NCBI RefSeq assembly: GCF_963676685.1
Contig: NC_092355.1
Coordinates: 17,360,001-17,424,000, forward strand
From: Mytilus edulis
Lineage: Eukaryota
Reading direction: 5' to 3'
Length of the DNA stretch: 64,000 nt
The notes under the pieces were generated by a model, which was not told the DNA's origin, ran no database searches, and saw nothing but the letters and a program-made list of their open reading frames with translations. Both the position numbers and the translations under genes were made by a program. Positions 11,006-23,615 of this stretch are shown here, one piece after another (within the stretch, counting starts at the first letter, position 1; each line of letters begins with the position of its first letter).

Positions 11006-13177
11006 AAACAACATGTTATTGTGATAATAAAATCAAGTCAAAATACAATTTCATGGTTTGAAAGAGAATATCGACACTTTTGTATGTGAGTGCACATAAA
11101 TAAGGTAACATAAAATATAAAGTGAATCAATGATGACCTGTCTGGTAGTATTCACGAGTATAGGAAATTATTCAGGGTTACATTTCAATTTTCGAAATAT
11201 TTTAAAAAATTTTTGTATTCAGATATTTATGAGGTATATATATATTGAATACATGGTAGTTGTAATTCATTAAAGATGTTTGTTCCGATTCTACACTATA
11301 AGGGGGATGACTTTAAGGGAATTGAAAAATAAGTTGCCAATATATCATGTATATAATAACTTTTTGCAGTAAATGTTAAAATTTTAAGATTTTACAATAC
11401 CACACAACTTAAAAAATTAAGATAAAATATAACGTTTTATGAAAAATAAGCTAAGATCTATCTATCCTAAACCAACATAAAACAAATATACAAAACTATT
11501 TAACGAATATAGGGTGTTCAAACTAGTTTACATTACATTAATAATAGGTTTTAGATAAGTTTTACTTTCTAATCCAAAAGAAGAAGTTGGTAAAACTTAA
11601 AAAATTCAAACGCTATCTATCAACAACCCTACCATATTCATTACTAAGTATAAGATGACGGGTTAAATCTGGTTTTGTAGCTAGCTAAACCTCAAACTTG
11701 TATGAATATTATGTTGACAGATAAACAACATAAAGTGACATGATAGGTTAATCTAAATTAAACATACATCACAAATATACAACACAGCAGACTAACAGAT
11801 TCAGACAAAAATAAAAATTAATCCTGCCTAAAAGTTTTAGTCGTTGATTGTACATGTGTTCTAATCACAACTTAGGACACATCTATAACTGGGACTGCAA
11901 TGCTGACGTCTAAGATATGATTCGATTTATCAGTAAAATACATTTCCCAAAATTGAAATTTTTCCCCGGATGCATTTGTCCTGATAATGTGGGAAATTTC
12001 TTTTGAAGTGTCGCTACGCGGCATGGATATTTGAAAAGGTGTCAAAATTTTAATCCAAGCTGCAAGTATTTTGATTTAACTGCTATAAACTAAATATCCA
12101 TTATAAGTGAAATTAACAATGCGAGAACCTAATTATTTTTAAAATTTTCCTCATGATAATATGTACAAATTTCTTAAATTCCACCAATTAAGTTTGAAAA
12201 AGCACTGCATTCTTAAATTAGTCAATTCGACCAATTTGATTGGTCGTTTTGACTGTACTCTAGATGACAATGCACTTTAATCATTTTGACTCTGCTCTTA
12301 GTCGTTTGATTAGATGGTTAGTCACATTTAATTAAGTAGGGTGGTAATTATGAATATGTTAGGAAGTCCAAATGACTATATGTTGTACTCGTTATGACGA
12401 TTTGGATTGTTCAATTGACTATGCAATTTGACAATTGAATGTAGTCCATATGTCTTATTGAAATGTCCGACCATGACCATGTTGGTTAGTCAACATGATT
12501 ACTGTGAATAGTCACGACTGTTAGACTGTTATTTTAATTTGTGTTGTATTTTATTTTCTACCATTTTAGTTTTTGTGTGTGTCTATCTCGGTGTTTCGTA
12601 CTTTTATGTTTTATTTCCTCTGTTATTCTACTTTATGTTGTTTCTCTTCCATAGGATTCACAAAAAAATCTGGAATATAATATCATTAAAAATACCACAG
12701 CAGCACTACTAACAATAACAAAAGTATAGGACCACAAAGCGCTCAATTTTCAAAACCTTGCTATATGTTAAGTTTCCATGTATTACCATTACTCATTGAC
12801 ATAATTTTTTTTATCAAAATCTAAAAATTAAATAAAAGAAATATATTTATTATAAACTCATTGTTACATACATTATGATATCCCAACTTAAATATATAGT
12901 TTATACATTTTCAGTATGTCAGAATTTGAAGTGTTTATTTCAGATATATTGTCTGTATCAACTCTGTATGTGTCAGTGTAATATTTTCTGCGGTCAAAAA
13001 TCTCTTCACTGCAGTGATCTTATAAATAGCAATGTCTCCATTTGCTGAAAATTATAATTATATCATTTTAGAAGCTAAAATATAACAATAAACAAGTATA
13101 TCAATCATGTTGAAAGTTTATAGAAAAAAAATCAAAATCTTTTATCTAGTGATTTAGTCACTCATCTGTATCACAAC

Positions 13178-13314
13178 ACTGTAATGTAACACCGGGATCT
13201 TGACAGCCACCCATCTTATACCACACCATTGTGATGTAAGCACCAGGATCTTGACAGCCTACCATCTTAGAACAGAACAGTGTAATGTAAGCACCAGGAT
13301 TTTGACAGCCACCT
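13178..13314. repeat. Tandem repeat, ~3 x ~50 bp
   Basis: tgtaatgtaagcaccaggatcttgacagcc repeated three times. Confidence 0.8.
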
Positions 13315-13699
13315 GAGGTTTTTGTTTTTGTTAATATCGATTTCAGTGTTTATTTTTAACAGTTTTTGATCACAAGAAAAAGATATAGCTAAAACTCTTT
13401 TCAAACGACAATGCGTTGTAATATTTTCATTTCCGGGTGTTAAAACAAGGCGTTTAGAAACTGATGAATACTTGGCATACCTGTAACTTTAAATATTATA
13501 TTTTTTATCGAACGAATTTTTGTTTGTCTTTTGAAAGCAATATAAAATTGAGAATGGGAATGTGTCATATACATTCCACAACTGAGATGGAACACATAGA
13601 GCATAACTAGGAACCAGTATGTAAACAAAATAAATTTTCTATGAATATTCAAGATGGTTTGAGAACAGCTGTATTTACAAAGTGCAACCTAAAATTGCG

Positions 13700-14225
13700 T
13701 ATATTTCTTATGCATGTTGCTGTATTTTATTCTAATTAAAATGTAAATCAAAAAATCGTTCTCAATCATTGACAACGCATGTTTCATTGTCTTGCTTAGA
13801 TTTTTACCTTGGCATATAACTCGTGTAATAAAGAAATGCATTCTGTGATGATATTTTGAACACTATTATCGATTGCTCTCGGATCTCTACATTATGTCTA
13901 TTTAATATATCTCTTTGTGTTCCTGGTGAATATTAATCCAGAAATGCACTTCGGACGCATGGAATTTGTAATATGTTGTTTTCGTTCTTTTTCCACAACA
14001 CGGAAAATCATTCTTTTTACGGACATATTTGTGTGAGTTAGTTGCAATCAACGGTAGTTAATGGTTCTCTGTAACAGGTATAATGCTATGTTTTTAGATG
14101 CAGTTACTGCACCATGCATGTCCTTTACTACACACTTAACTCATTAAGTTGGAACCCGACACGACGGACGATTTTCTATGTTTGGGATGTTACAAAGGCC
14201 ACACACTGTCAAATTATTACCCAAA
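13700..14225 (-). pseudogene. Ancient decayed TRIM-like paralog, relic 1 (N-terminal part)
   Basis: Minus strand reads GNNLTVCGLCNIPNI after a retained TTGTTTTAG acceptor; nucleotide similarity to the B-box and coiled-coil regions of intact copies and to relics 2 and 3; many indels and stops. Confidence 0.75.
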
Positions 14226-14732
14226 CTCTAAAACAAAGCAAGAACTAATTTGACATGTTTTTGCATTAATAAAAGCAATAAACTCTTTTTTAAAGTACCT
14301 GTGGGCATTTCGACAATTACCTGTTTCAGTAACAGTCAAGGCCAAAATATTTCGAATAACAAAAATATGATTCAAAATCTGGATAATTGATAGAGATCTG
14401 TAAATGTTTATAATAAACATCGTGCATTTTTAGTTGGCCACGTTTTTTTTAATGATACTGTCAAGTTGACCTAATATTGTCTTCATACATGTGTTATGGT
14501 AAAACAGATTTGAACATAAGAAGACGATTCCTTGATATCAATCTGAAAATATAAGGCGTGGAATTTCCTGCTATATAACATAATTATTTATTTTTCCAAT
14601 TTATTAGTTTATAAGATTTAAATAAGCCAACCAAAGCTAATAGAAAGGATAGCATTGGTACTTATGCAAAGTGACAAAAATACACCACTAAACACTAACA
14701 AACGACAGTTCCATGTCCTGTTAATAAATATA

Positions 14733-15890
14733 CCGTAGAGCGGGTTAATTCGCGGGTTGTTTATTTTTGCTTATTTTGTCAGATAAAAAAATTCAGCGCA
14801 AATTTATGCATACTTCCGGTATTTTCTAATAGCTAAATCGTCAGTCGGTAGGCCAATAACGATATAGTTTGTTTAAGGTTTATGACCCCTTCTGTAGCCA
14901 TTTTTGTAAGAATATTTCAAACTTCAATTGTATCAAAACTACAGATATAATGAATAAAAGAGATCAGCCATTCAGTACATATATCAAGGGGAAACTTGAT
15001 GGAAAGCACAATTATTTACTGTTTCATTGCATTTACCAGAAAAAGAGTACTTTGTGGCAAATAAACCAAGATTTTTATAGAAAATCCACAGCCTTTAATA
15101 CAGAGATTTTCGTTATAAAATTTGAAACAAAGATTACTCACTTGCTTTTCTATGATTTGCTAGTGTTCATTTTCTACAAAATGTTTTAACCAACCTGTAA
15201 ATTCAACAATACCTCGTGCTGAGTCACTAAAATCGAGCGCACCCTCAAAGGTGTACTTGATTTGCTCCATATTTTTATTTGTTTTAACCAATAACTACAT
15301 TAATAAACTTTGTTTTTATAAAATGAATGGTAGCACTGCATGCAATAATCCCATAGCTATCAGTCATCAAATTGCCAAATATAAGAGTACAAGGATAAAG
15401 GCTGTGGATTTTCTTTAAATTTCCATATGTTTAGTATTGAATTAACACAAGAGAACATAATCCTTAACAACATGAACAAAAATGGTATCGAACATACATG
15501 TATTTTATAAAAAATGAATGTCACGTTATATCTGTATTAATTAGTGTCAAATAGATTATGAGAGTAGGGTACTCTATCAGGTAATCCCCCTTTATAAATA
15601 AGTGTCAAATTGCATAAGAGATGTAAATCAGTCTTGAAAACTTTATAACCTAATTAGTAACAACATCAACGTTCCGGTTAAGTTCAATACAGAGGACGTC
15701 ATTTAGGTAAACAAATCATTAAAGTTGCTTCTCGATTTTTCAATATTTTCTATGCAACAATTTCAGTATCCACCCAAAAAATTATTTGAGATTTTAAGAA
15801 TCCACCAAAATAAAAACCATCAAAATTTTTCGTATACTTTTTTGCCCCTAATGACGAAATTTCACACCCGCGAAAATAACCCTCTATACC
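14733..15890. mobile_element. TA-flanked (Tc1/mariner-type) MITE containing a nested repeat
   Basis: TA|CCGTAGAGCGGGTTAATTCGCGGG ... CCCGCGAAAATAACCCTCTATACC|TA imperfect TIRs; empty site ctaataaatatatatctc at ~32287-32304. Confidence 0.7.
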
Positions 15891-17194
15891 TATATCTAAA
15901 ACATGGTGCATAAATTGGAAACATCCAAATGAGTTTATTGATGCATTAATGTATAATTGAACACACATGCTCTAGAGACCAATAACATGAACAGCTACAT
16001 ATATAAAATGATGAGAGTTGTGGGCATTCACACGATTGTCAAAAACATAACAATTGATACTTTCTTAATAAAATTTGTAGTTTTAAATTATCAATGGACA
16101 TTGTAATAATAACAAACAACAAAGAAAAACTGCAGAATGGGAAATACAAAAGTCCTTAAAAAACCGGGGTGTTTTAATGTGCTCCGGAGTAGTGAGCTGA
16201 TCTTACCAAACATGTGATACTCGTCGGGTTTCTCTTTTGAAATACGTTGATGCGTTATATCAACTGATTAGACATCGCGCAATAGCGGACTGTTTACTGA
16301 CTTATTCAATATTAATACATTGTTAAATTCATAAACTATGGGTCATGTATATTTTCCAACCCTTTTATAGTAAATCAAATTCTAAATTTTGAAGTTAAAA
16401 CATTTTTTTCATGACACAGGATAGATAACTGATATAAACATCCTATGCATCAAAAAAGCTCCCAAAACACATATAAAAACTAAAGCATACAAAACATAAA
16501 CCAGCAAAGCCCGAAACACCAGTATTCTGCCTACTTTGAGTAAGTGTGCGTGTTGCTCATTCCTAAGAGTTCAATGTTCAATGCTTTATAGAATGATGTA
16601 AGTCTTTTATTCTGATTGCCTAGGGTGCTGTCTATTTTTCTCCGACTTTATAATTCTGATTGTCCTGTTTGTACCTTAAGGACCGTGCATTATTTATCAG
16701 GCAGGTGGGGACGGTGCAAATTCTAATAAGGACAAAAAAGTGTCCTATGACTTGAATGCAGAAAAAAGTGTCTGTCCTATAAAACTACAAACTGCACAGA
16801 GTCCAAAGAAACATATTTTGACTGGTCGAGCACTATCTCAACAGCACTCTTTGATCTTATCTTTATTTGATATATTAGTCTGATTGATGACTTCATTATC
16901 TTGGTATAATCTGAATATGGGCTCAACGATTTGGTAGATAATGTATAATTGAACACGCATGATCTAGAGACCAATAACATGAACAGCTACATATATGAAA
17001 CGATGAGAGTTGTGGCCATTCACACGATTGTCAAAAACATAACAATTGATACTTTCTTAATCAAATTTGTAGCTTGAAATTATCAATGGATATTGTATTA
17101 ATTGTTAAAAGTTTATAAACTACGTGTCGAACAATCATTACTAAAGTATTTTCTATAATAAGTCAAATGAAGACAGCACATGTGTTGGATATCA

Positions 17195-17350
17195 TATTAC
17201 CTAAATCATCGTCAATCAGTCGTCCTAAGGAATTAACTCGAAGGGAAACCATCTTCACAAGAACTTGACGAAGGAGGAATGCCAACGTAGTGATATGATT
17301 ACAGCTGTCGCACACACTGACGTAATAATAGCCATTTCATCAGGAAGAGT
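17195..17350 (-). promoter_or_regulatory. Diverged promoter/exon-1-like module of relic 1 (homologs at ~4110-4260, ~32695-32810, ~58625-58740)
   Basis: attacctaaa (TAG|GTAAT donor on minus) followed by an aaaccgtc-cacaa-gaagg-like block resembling the module upstream of intact copies; located upstream of each relic. Confidence 0.35.
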
Positions 17351-17556
17351 GCATGATTTAGTATGAGACAACACACAGCATCAATATTTATATGACAGAA
17401 ATATTTCTACCTTTTTTCTACAGGAAAATATATGAAAGTCTTAAGTTTATATAACCTGTATAACTTTCATATTTTCAAAAGAAAAATGTGTATAGTGCAG
17501 ACAATCAATTGTCTGTTGGGGGCACAAACGTCGAAAACAAAAACATCTCCCGATTC

Positions 17557-17898
17557 AGTCTATATGTCTTAGTGATGTAAGTGTAGAGAGAATGTCACAT
17601 AAACCATATATAATAACTCTTTAGTCTATATGCCTTAGTCATGTAAGTGTAGAGAGAATGTCACATAAACCATATATATAATAACTCTTTAGTCTATATG
17701 TCTTAGTCATATAAGTGTAGAGAGAATGTCACATAAACCATATATATAATAACTCTTTAGTCTATATGCCTTAGTCATGTAAGTGTAGAGAGAATGTCAC
17801 ATAAACCATATATATAATAACTCTTTAGTCTATATGTCTTAGTCATATAAGTGTAGAGAGAATGTCACATATTCCACATATATAATAACTCTTTAGTC
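17557..17898. repeat. Minisatellite, 5 x 66-68 bp
   Basis: Unit agtctatatgtcttagtcatgtaagtgtagagagaatgtcacataaaccatatatataataactcttt starting at 17557, 17623, 17691, 17759, 17827. Confidence 0.95.
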
Positions 17899-18292
17899 GA
17901 AATCAAACTGACAAACGAGAAAGGACCAACAGACAAACAACAAAGAAAAACTGCAGAATGGGAAATACAAAACTCCTTCAAAAACCGGGGTGTTTTAAAA
18001 TGAAATACGTTGATGCGTTATATCAAGTGATTAGACATCGCGCAATAGCGGACTGTTTACTGACTGTATCTAACATTAATACATTGTTAAATTAATAAAC
18101 TATTGGTCATGTATATTTTTCAACCCTAATAGTAAATCAAATTCGAAATTTTGAAGTTAAAACATTTTTTTCATGACAGAGGAAAGATAACTGATATAAA
18201 CATCCTATGCATCAAAAAAGCTCCCAGAACACCTATAAAAACTAAATCATACAAAGCATAAACCAGTAGAGCCTGAAAAACCATTATTCTCC

Positions 18293-18374
18293 CTACTTTG
18301 AGTAAGTGTGCGTGTTGTTCACTTTGAGTAAGTGTTCGTGTTGTTCACTTTGAGTAAGTGTGTGTGTTGTTCAT
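18293..18374. repeat. Tandem repeat, 3 x ~27 bp
   Basis: actttgagtaagtgtgcgtgttgttc repeated three times; single copy at ~16533, ~34600, ~60152. Confidence 0.85.
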
Positions 18375-19744
18375 TCCTAAGTTTTCAATGTTCAATGCTT
18401 TATAGAATGATGCAAGTCTTTTATTCTGATTGGCTGAGGTGCTGTCTATTTTTCTCCGACTTTATAATTCTGATTTTCCTGTGTGTACCTTATACCTGTT
18501 CTTAACTAAAATTATGGTGTCTTGTTGGTGACAATATCCTAAAGTTGGTTGATGTTGCATTTTTACTCATATATTCTTTTTAACTTTAATAACCACGAAT
18601 CATGCGTGCCTTTAATGTGATATAAACATATATACAAACGTATCGTGTTTTTCTAAACACGTATTTGTAATTTATCGAAATTAAAACAAAAACGACTATT
18701 ACTTGAGTATGTACAACTACACAAACAGTTTGAAAAGCGTCAACATTTTAGGAATGAAAGGAACGATACATGCATAGATTAAATCTTGGTTAAAAGAGAT
18801 TGATTCTAAATGAAGCAGTTTCCCAAATTTGGACAACGTTTTTCAAATATTATTATATATTATCTACTAAGTATTCAAAACAGTGGTAATACGTATTTGG
18901 TCAATGATAATCTAATATTTTAAGTTAAAGTGTCGGTTAGTGTATATAAAGGTATATACTATGAAACTTAGAGCGAGGGGCTTGTCATATTTGTTACTCT
19001 TTATTTAAATGCAAGAAACGTTAAATCGATCCAAAGATTAAATAGTAGGATGTTTAAACAGGTCGGGACCACTACCTTATATGGAAATGCATAACTTAGC
19101 ATACTTATGTTATCGCACATGTAATTGTTTATTTACATGTGACGCAATTTATTTTTACCTACGTGTTTTTACCAATCCATTAAATGAGTAACAATGCACG
19201 ATGGACTACTACGTGTTTACAATCAACCGAGAACATTTTCATTTTGTGTATCCTCATTTATAGTTCGTGATACAAAGTATTCCTTCCATGCTCAGATTAA
19301 CGAAGAGCTGTTTCTATGCGAAAAAAAAGGGTTTGAATTATCCGATATATAGCAATTAATATGTTTGATGATGGCACGGAGATTTCATGTATTCGTCCAC
19401 CAGACAGCAACGAAACCACAGCGAAAAACAATTACCCATGCGAAAAACTTACTAGTGTAAAGTAAGCCGTCGATAACAGCCAATGCTAATATTCACGAAT
19501 ACAGCAATGTCCGTATAGATAATTAAAGGCAAATGTGTGATCCGTGAATTGTGTGTTCGTAAAAGTAAGAAATATTTACATACATGGCAGTGTTAACAAA
19601 ATCTATAAGTATTCGTTTTTGTCACATTTCAGTATATGAGACTTCCAAACTGTTCACTTTGTTTTGAAAGTAGTAAAGCCAGCAACTGTAGTTTCATTTT
19701 GTTTTCTTTTTTTAACGAGATCGGACATTTGCCAAACAGAATAA

Positions 19745-20002
19745 ATCATTACAGCTGATTTCCTAATGCTTGCAAAGTAAAACTTTGGTTAGCTTGCTTG
19801 CTTTGTGTGTATAGTTGTTTATACAAGCTTTGAAAATAAGATTGACATCTTTAAACAATATATATAGGCATAGTTTAACTTGTATATTTTATATTTGAAT
19901 TTAATTGGTTGTTATCCTAATATGATTGTACAATATACAAACAAAGCAAGCAAGCTAACCAAAGTTTTGCTCTACATGCATTAGGAAATAAGCTGTAATG
20001 AT
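19745..20002. repeat. Foldback inverted repeat, ~75-bp arms
   Basis: atcattacagctgatttcctaatgc...aaaactttggttagcttgcttgctttgt vs acaaagcaagcaagctaaccaaagtttt...gcattaggaaataagctgtaatgat. Confidence 0.8.
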
Positions 20003-20672
20003 GTTATCCATATGTATGTGCGATGAGGAGGAAAATTTGATGTGTTTTGTGAAACCGTACGGCCTTCAACAATGAGCAAAGCCCATACCGCATAGTCAGC
20101 TATATAAGGCCCTGATATGACAATATAAAACAATTCAAACGAGAAAACTAAAAAAAACAAATATGTAACACATACACAAACGACAACCACTGAAATACAG
20201 GCTCCTATATGTATACAAACCTATATATTTTATTTATTAGATAGATTTCTTCTCCTTATATATAATATATTGGGCCGGTTTTTTTTTGGTTTTTTTTTTG
20301 GTTTTTTTTTTGTTTATTGTTTTTCACAAGTAATTTTGGGGTCATTTATAGCGTACTTTTGGCATTGAACCTATGACTGCTTACTTTAATAGATTACGTC
20401 TTTTTTAGAAAGATGTCTTATTTGGCACTCATACCTCATCTTCTTATTTCTATATACAAAGCCACGTTTTAGAATAAAAATAATAGGTAATATGGCACCC
20501 ACTGTGATCCAGAGGCTTTAAATATCATGGTGATATTTCACATACGTCAACATTATAGCAGCCGAACGATAAAAAACCTCTGAGATATATTTTGTTATAA
20601 AATTAGCAACAAACGGACTCTATCGATGGATGAAGCTATACAAAATGTATTAAGCTATATACCGTACACGCT

Positions 20673-20823
20673 CAGTGGCGGATCCATAGGGGAGAGGGTT
20701 CCGGGGGTTGGACCCTTTTTTTTTGAACGATCAATGCATTTGAATGGGGATATGTAGTTTGACCCTCACCACCTTTTGTTCTGGGTCAGGACCCCCCTTT
20801 TAAAAATGGCTGGATCCGCCTTG
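20673..20823. mobile_element. Short GC-rich MITE
   Basis: Termini CAGTGGCGGATCC / GGATCCGCCTTG; TSD not clear. Confidence 0.7.
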
Positions 20824-21926
20824 CCGCTTTCATAACACTTATTTTTAGCATACAGAATATTATGATGTTCTTACTTTTAATTCAGGTCCTGATAAAATTT
20901 TTACACACATCCAGTACTGAAAGAAGTGTTTCAATGAAAGTTTTCGTGTTTTTCTAGGCAGAAATGATTTTGGAATGACATTATACAGGTTGAAAAGAGC
21001 TCAAAAAATTTCATAATGGACAGTGGTCATTTCATCTGAAATTTCACTGTTTCAGGTCGTAAAATTATTGCACAGGTACAATTCATAACAATGAAAAAAA
21101 ACTGTTCAACAACTTTTACAAAGCGAAAAAGAAAGTCGAATAGTGAAGCCCGTAAACAATACTTTTTTAATCTGAGCATGCAAGTTGAAGATTATGTTAT
21201 ACATTTTACAAAAAGCACATTCGCAGAACAAAAACATATATATTCCACGTGTTTTCCGGTTGTAGTAAAATCGTAGTACCCCACAATGCATTGTAGCTCA
21301 TTGAGTCCATTGGTCAGTTTTTCAAGGCCGAATTGGCCTTGTGTTTGGGAAGTTACTATGCAAATATAGTCTGCCGTAAAGAAATCTAGAGTTCTCGACC
21401 TGTTGAAAATTAATATGAAAACTAATTACAAACTATATAGTTTAATTTGGAACACAACATATTTTTCCAAGTAGTCAGTGGCAATTTTTATTTCAATATC
21501 TTGATTACGATACAATGAAATCTTATCCGTGTGGTCATTCATGCGTAGTTACTTAGTACACGGGAAAAGTATGTACTATGAAAATTAGAAGGCACATTCA
21601 AGCAATTTGATTGGACGAGATGTTGTAAGTATGTGCTAAAATGGATATATTTAAATTGTGTTTTGATTTTGTTTTTGTTTCATATTTATTACAAATGTAT
21701 GTAAGCTGCACAACTCTTTATTAAACAAGAATAAATAATTATTAATCAAATTAAAATATGATGTTCTGTGATAAAGACAACGGTTTGGTTATAATTATTT
21801 TCCCATGTTATTGCATAAAATCTTATAACATTTTACAATTATCTGAGAATATGTGCGTAAACATGGTAAATGATAAAAACAATAAATTACAACGAAGTTC
21901 GCAGTTAAAAGTCGACAGTTCTTTTT

Positions 21927-23615
21927 TCAAGAAACATCAAATAGAAATGCGATCTTGTGTTCATTTGCAACTAACAACTTGTTACTTGTTGGTTCGAAAT
22001 GCAATGCGCGCGGAACACGAAGGCCATCACGAATGGACAATATTGTTCTGCAACGCTTTCCATCAGGGGAAATGATGACAACGCTGTGTGTATCCGTACT
22101 GACAACATACACGTTCCCATTGTTGTCTACAGATATACCCTGTGGATATCGTAGATTTTGTTTATCCTTAAATTCCCATTTTAAATTTCCATGGATATCA
22201 TAGCATGTTACCGAATGGTTGTCTTTATTTGTATAATACATATTGTCACCATGCACTGCAACATACGAAAAAGATGGCATACTAAAGCTAACACGTGCCT
22301 TTTCTGATGCACCATTCAATTGAACTTCAATTATTCCTTTACCTAACTTACAGCATACCAGGACAGTTTTGTTCAGTGCTATACCATATGGAGTATCACT
22401 ACTTTGTATAGTTCTCTTGATTGTTTTGCTGTAAGGGTCAATAATGTGAATAACATTTGAACCATAGCCACTTGTAACGGCAATGGAACTTTCTCTTTCA
22501 AAATATGCTAAATCAAATGCGGGTGTACCTAGCGGAATTTCAAACTCATGCATACCGTTGCTTTTCAACACAATTAAATTTTGATTATTATAATCACAGA
22601 ACATCATCTTGCCATTTGGTAAAATTGCGCAACCTCTAACACTTACAGCAGATTGCAAATCAATTTGCATTTTGTTGCTTAGTTTAATATCATATATGCA
22701 TTTGGAAATTAAACTAGGTATCATCATCTGAGCTTCTTTGTTTTTGTTACTCTCAATAACAACTTTGCACGATTTTGAATTAACACTAACGGACCCAAAA
22801 CAATCAGCCCTGCAAAAGTTTTGTACGTCTTTGTTAACCTCCAAAGCCAGTGTTTTTATCTTCATGTCCTCGTTCTTAAGGACAGACTGAATGCATTCTG
22901 TTTTATCAGAAACCTCCTTTTCCATTTTCTTTAATGCTAAAAATGTTTGAAGTTCTGATGCATTTTGCCTTGTGATATTTTGATAACCTTGTAGGTCAGA
23001 AATTCCCTTTTCAATGTCTTCAATCTCACTCAACAACAGCTTTATTCTCTTACTTTCATTTTCTTCATTAGCATATAATTCTTTAATTATTTTGTCCTGT
23101 ATTTTGTCTAAGTGGTCGTTGATCATTTTCCGGGTTTGGTTTATATCACGTTCAATCTCTACCCTCTGATCCTGTAGACATTTTAAATTTTCTGTGCGAT
23201 CGTTACGAATTCTTTGTACATTTTTCAACATTTGGACCAATATTTGCTCTACCTCTAACCACGCATTCGATGACTTCACATTTTTTACGATGTCCTCTAT
23301 TGCTGTCAAATCATTACAATCATTATGTGTCTCAATAACACACCTCCTACAACACTGGCAATCATGTTTCTTACAGAATGTTTGATAGTGTTCTTTGTGT
23401 TTTTGACATGTTTGTGTTATCTCTAACACATTTGTTGGTAGCTTCTGATATTCTGTAATTGAAATAGTTTTATGGTTCCTAGATAATTTTGATGCACCAT
23501 GGTGCTCTCTACACTCGCCACAAAGTCCCTCGTCACATTCTGAACACCAAACTACTGATACTTTGTTGATGTTTCGGAAATTACATACACCACAAATAGT
23601 CCAATTACTGGCCAT
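21927..23615 (-). CDS. RING-less TRIM-like B-box/coiled coil/NHL protein (copy 2, chimeric A-5'/B-3', 562 aa)
   Basis: Intact ORF with the same motifs as copy 1; acceptor TTGTTTTGTAG|A directly before ATG 23615; TGA stop and 3' flank shared with copies 3 and 5. Confidence 0.92.
   Translation of the reverse strand: MASNWTICGVCNFRNINKVSVVWCSECDEGLCGECREHHGASKLSRNHKTISITEYQKLPTNVLEITQTCQKHKEHYQTFCKKHDCQCCRRCVIETHNDCNDLTAIEDIVKNVKSSNAWLEVEQILVQMLKNVQRIRNDRTENLKCLQDQRVEIERDINQTRKMINDHLDKIQDKIIKELYANEENESKRIKLLLSEIEDIEKGISDLQGYQNITRQNASELQTFLALKKMEKEVSDKTECIQSVLKNEDMKIKTLALEVNKDVQNFCRADCFGSVSVNSKSCKVVIESNKNKEAQMMIPSLISKCIYDIKLSNKMQIDLQSAVSVRGCAILPNGKMMFCDYNNQNLIVLKSNGMHEFEIPLGTPAFDLAYFERESSIAVTSGYGSNVIHIIDPYSKTIKRTIQSSDTPYGIALNKTVLVCCKLGKGIIEVQLNGASEKARVSFSMPSFSYVAVHGDNMYYTNKDNHSVTCYDIHGNLKWEFKDKQNLRYPQGISVDNNGNVYVVSTDTHSVVIISPDGKRCRTILSIRDGLRVPRALHFEPTSNKLLVANEHKIAFLFDVS

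Noticed and set aside
17557-17898. CRISPR-like regularly spaced repeats
   Set aside because: Whole 66-68-bp units repeat with no unique spacers, no cas genes, eukaryotic context; this is a minisatellite.
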